From an uncultured Chloroflexota bacterium (GTDB lineage Bacteria > Chloroflexota > Limnocylindria > Limnocylindrales > CSP1-4), in NCBI GenBank assembly GCA_903930745.1, contig CAIYZX010000040.1, positions 1-36,731 on the forward strand: a stretch of DNA of 36,731 nt. The letters are read 5' to 3'. Below the pieces are notes generated by a model. It searched no databases and was not told the DNA's origin. It saw only the letters and a list, made by a program, of their open reading frames with translations. Both the position numbers and the translations under genes were made by a program. Every line of letters starts with the position of its first letter. Position 1 is the stretch's first letter. Shown here piece after piece: positions 36,648 to 36,731 of the stretch.

Positions 36648-36731
36648 CCCGGCCCTCCCCGGGGGCCCGCAACCCGCGCGACGCCCCTCGCACAGCACGA
36701 TTCGTCCGGCCGCCTAGACTTGTCCCACAGC

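Overview
This is a very GC-rich, gene-dense stretch of core chromosome. Third codon positions are almost always G or C, and the codon usage looks Actinobacteria- or Chloroflexi-like. Most of the long ORFs in the six-frame track are antisense or out-of-frame artefacts of the real genes, and several track ORFs fuse a real gene to an upstream out-of-frame read. I refined those starts by hand.

Gene content, left to right:
- 1-12.2 kb, minus strand: a division/cell-wall (dcw) cluster, mraZ - rsmH - 65-aa unknown ORF - ftsL-like - ftsI-type PBP - murF - mraY - murD - ftsW - murG - murB - ddl. The ddl gene runs off the left edge and is missing from the ORF track. The cluster has a readable sigma70-type promoter and three 10-bp-phased MraZ boxes. 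murE and murC are not in the cluster.
- 12.4-15.8 kb: a LysM membrane protein, a divergent 84-aa Cys-rich protein, RNase P RNA (rnpB, hidden under spurious ORFs), a META-domain lipoprotein, an SGNH hydrolase and RNase HI.
- 15.8-30.2 kb: a central-metabolism block. It holds sdhCDAB, icd, sucCD, a translationally coupled DinB / acidic unknown / deazaflavin-type reductase trio, methylmalonyl-CoA epimerase, a catalytic-domain-only methylmalonyl-CoA mutase, separate BCCP and biotin carboxylase genes, and pccB.
- 30.4-36.7 kb: parA-parB, an acidic secreted protein, a 121-aa unknown, plsC, a HAD hydrolase and a LiaF-like plus PspC envelope-stress pair.

I found no CRISPR array, transposase, integrase, tRNA or recognisable defence or toxin system, and I see no obvious multi-gene novel system.

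The most interesting unexplained signals are:
1. An identical-stem 18-bp palindrome sitting just upstream of the ribosome-binding sites of both pccB and accC.
2. A strongly SD-preceded 65-aa basic/acidic ORF embedded in the dcw operon and coupled to ftsL.
3. An 84-aa Cys-rich protein (C-x3-C-x2-C), divergent from a LysM protein that also has a Cys-rich cytoplasmic domain.
4. DnaA-box-like sites upstream of parA.

All calls come from reading the sequence and from motif memory. No searches were run.
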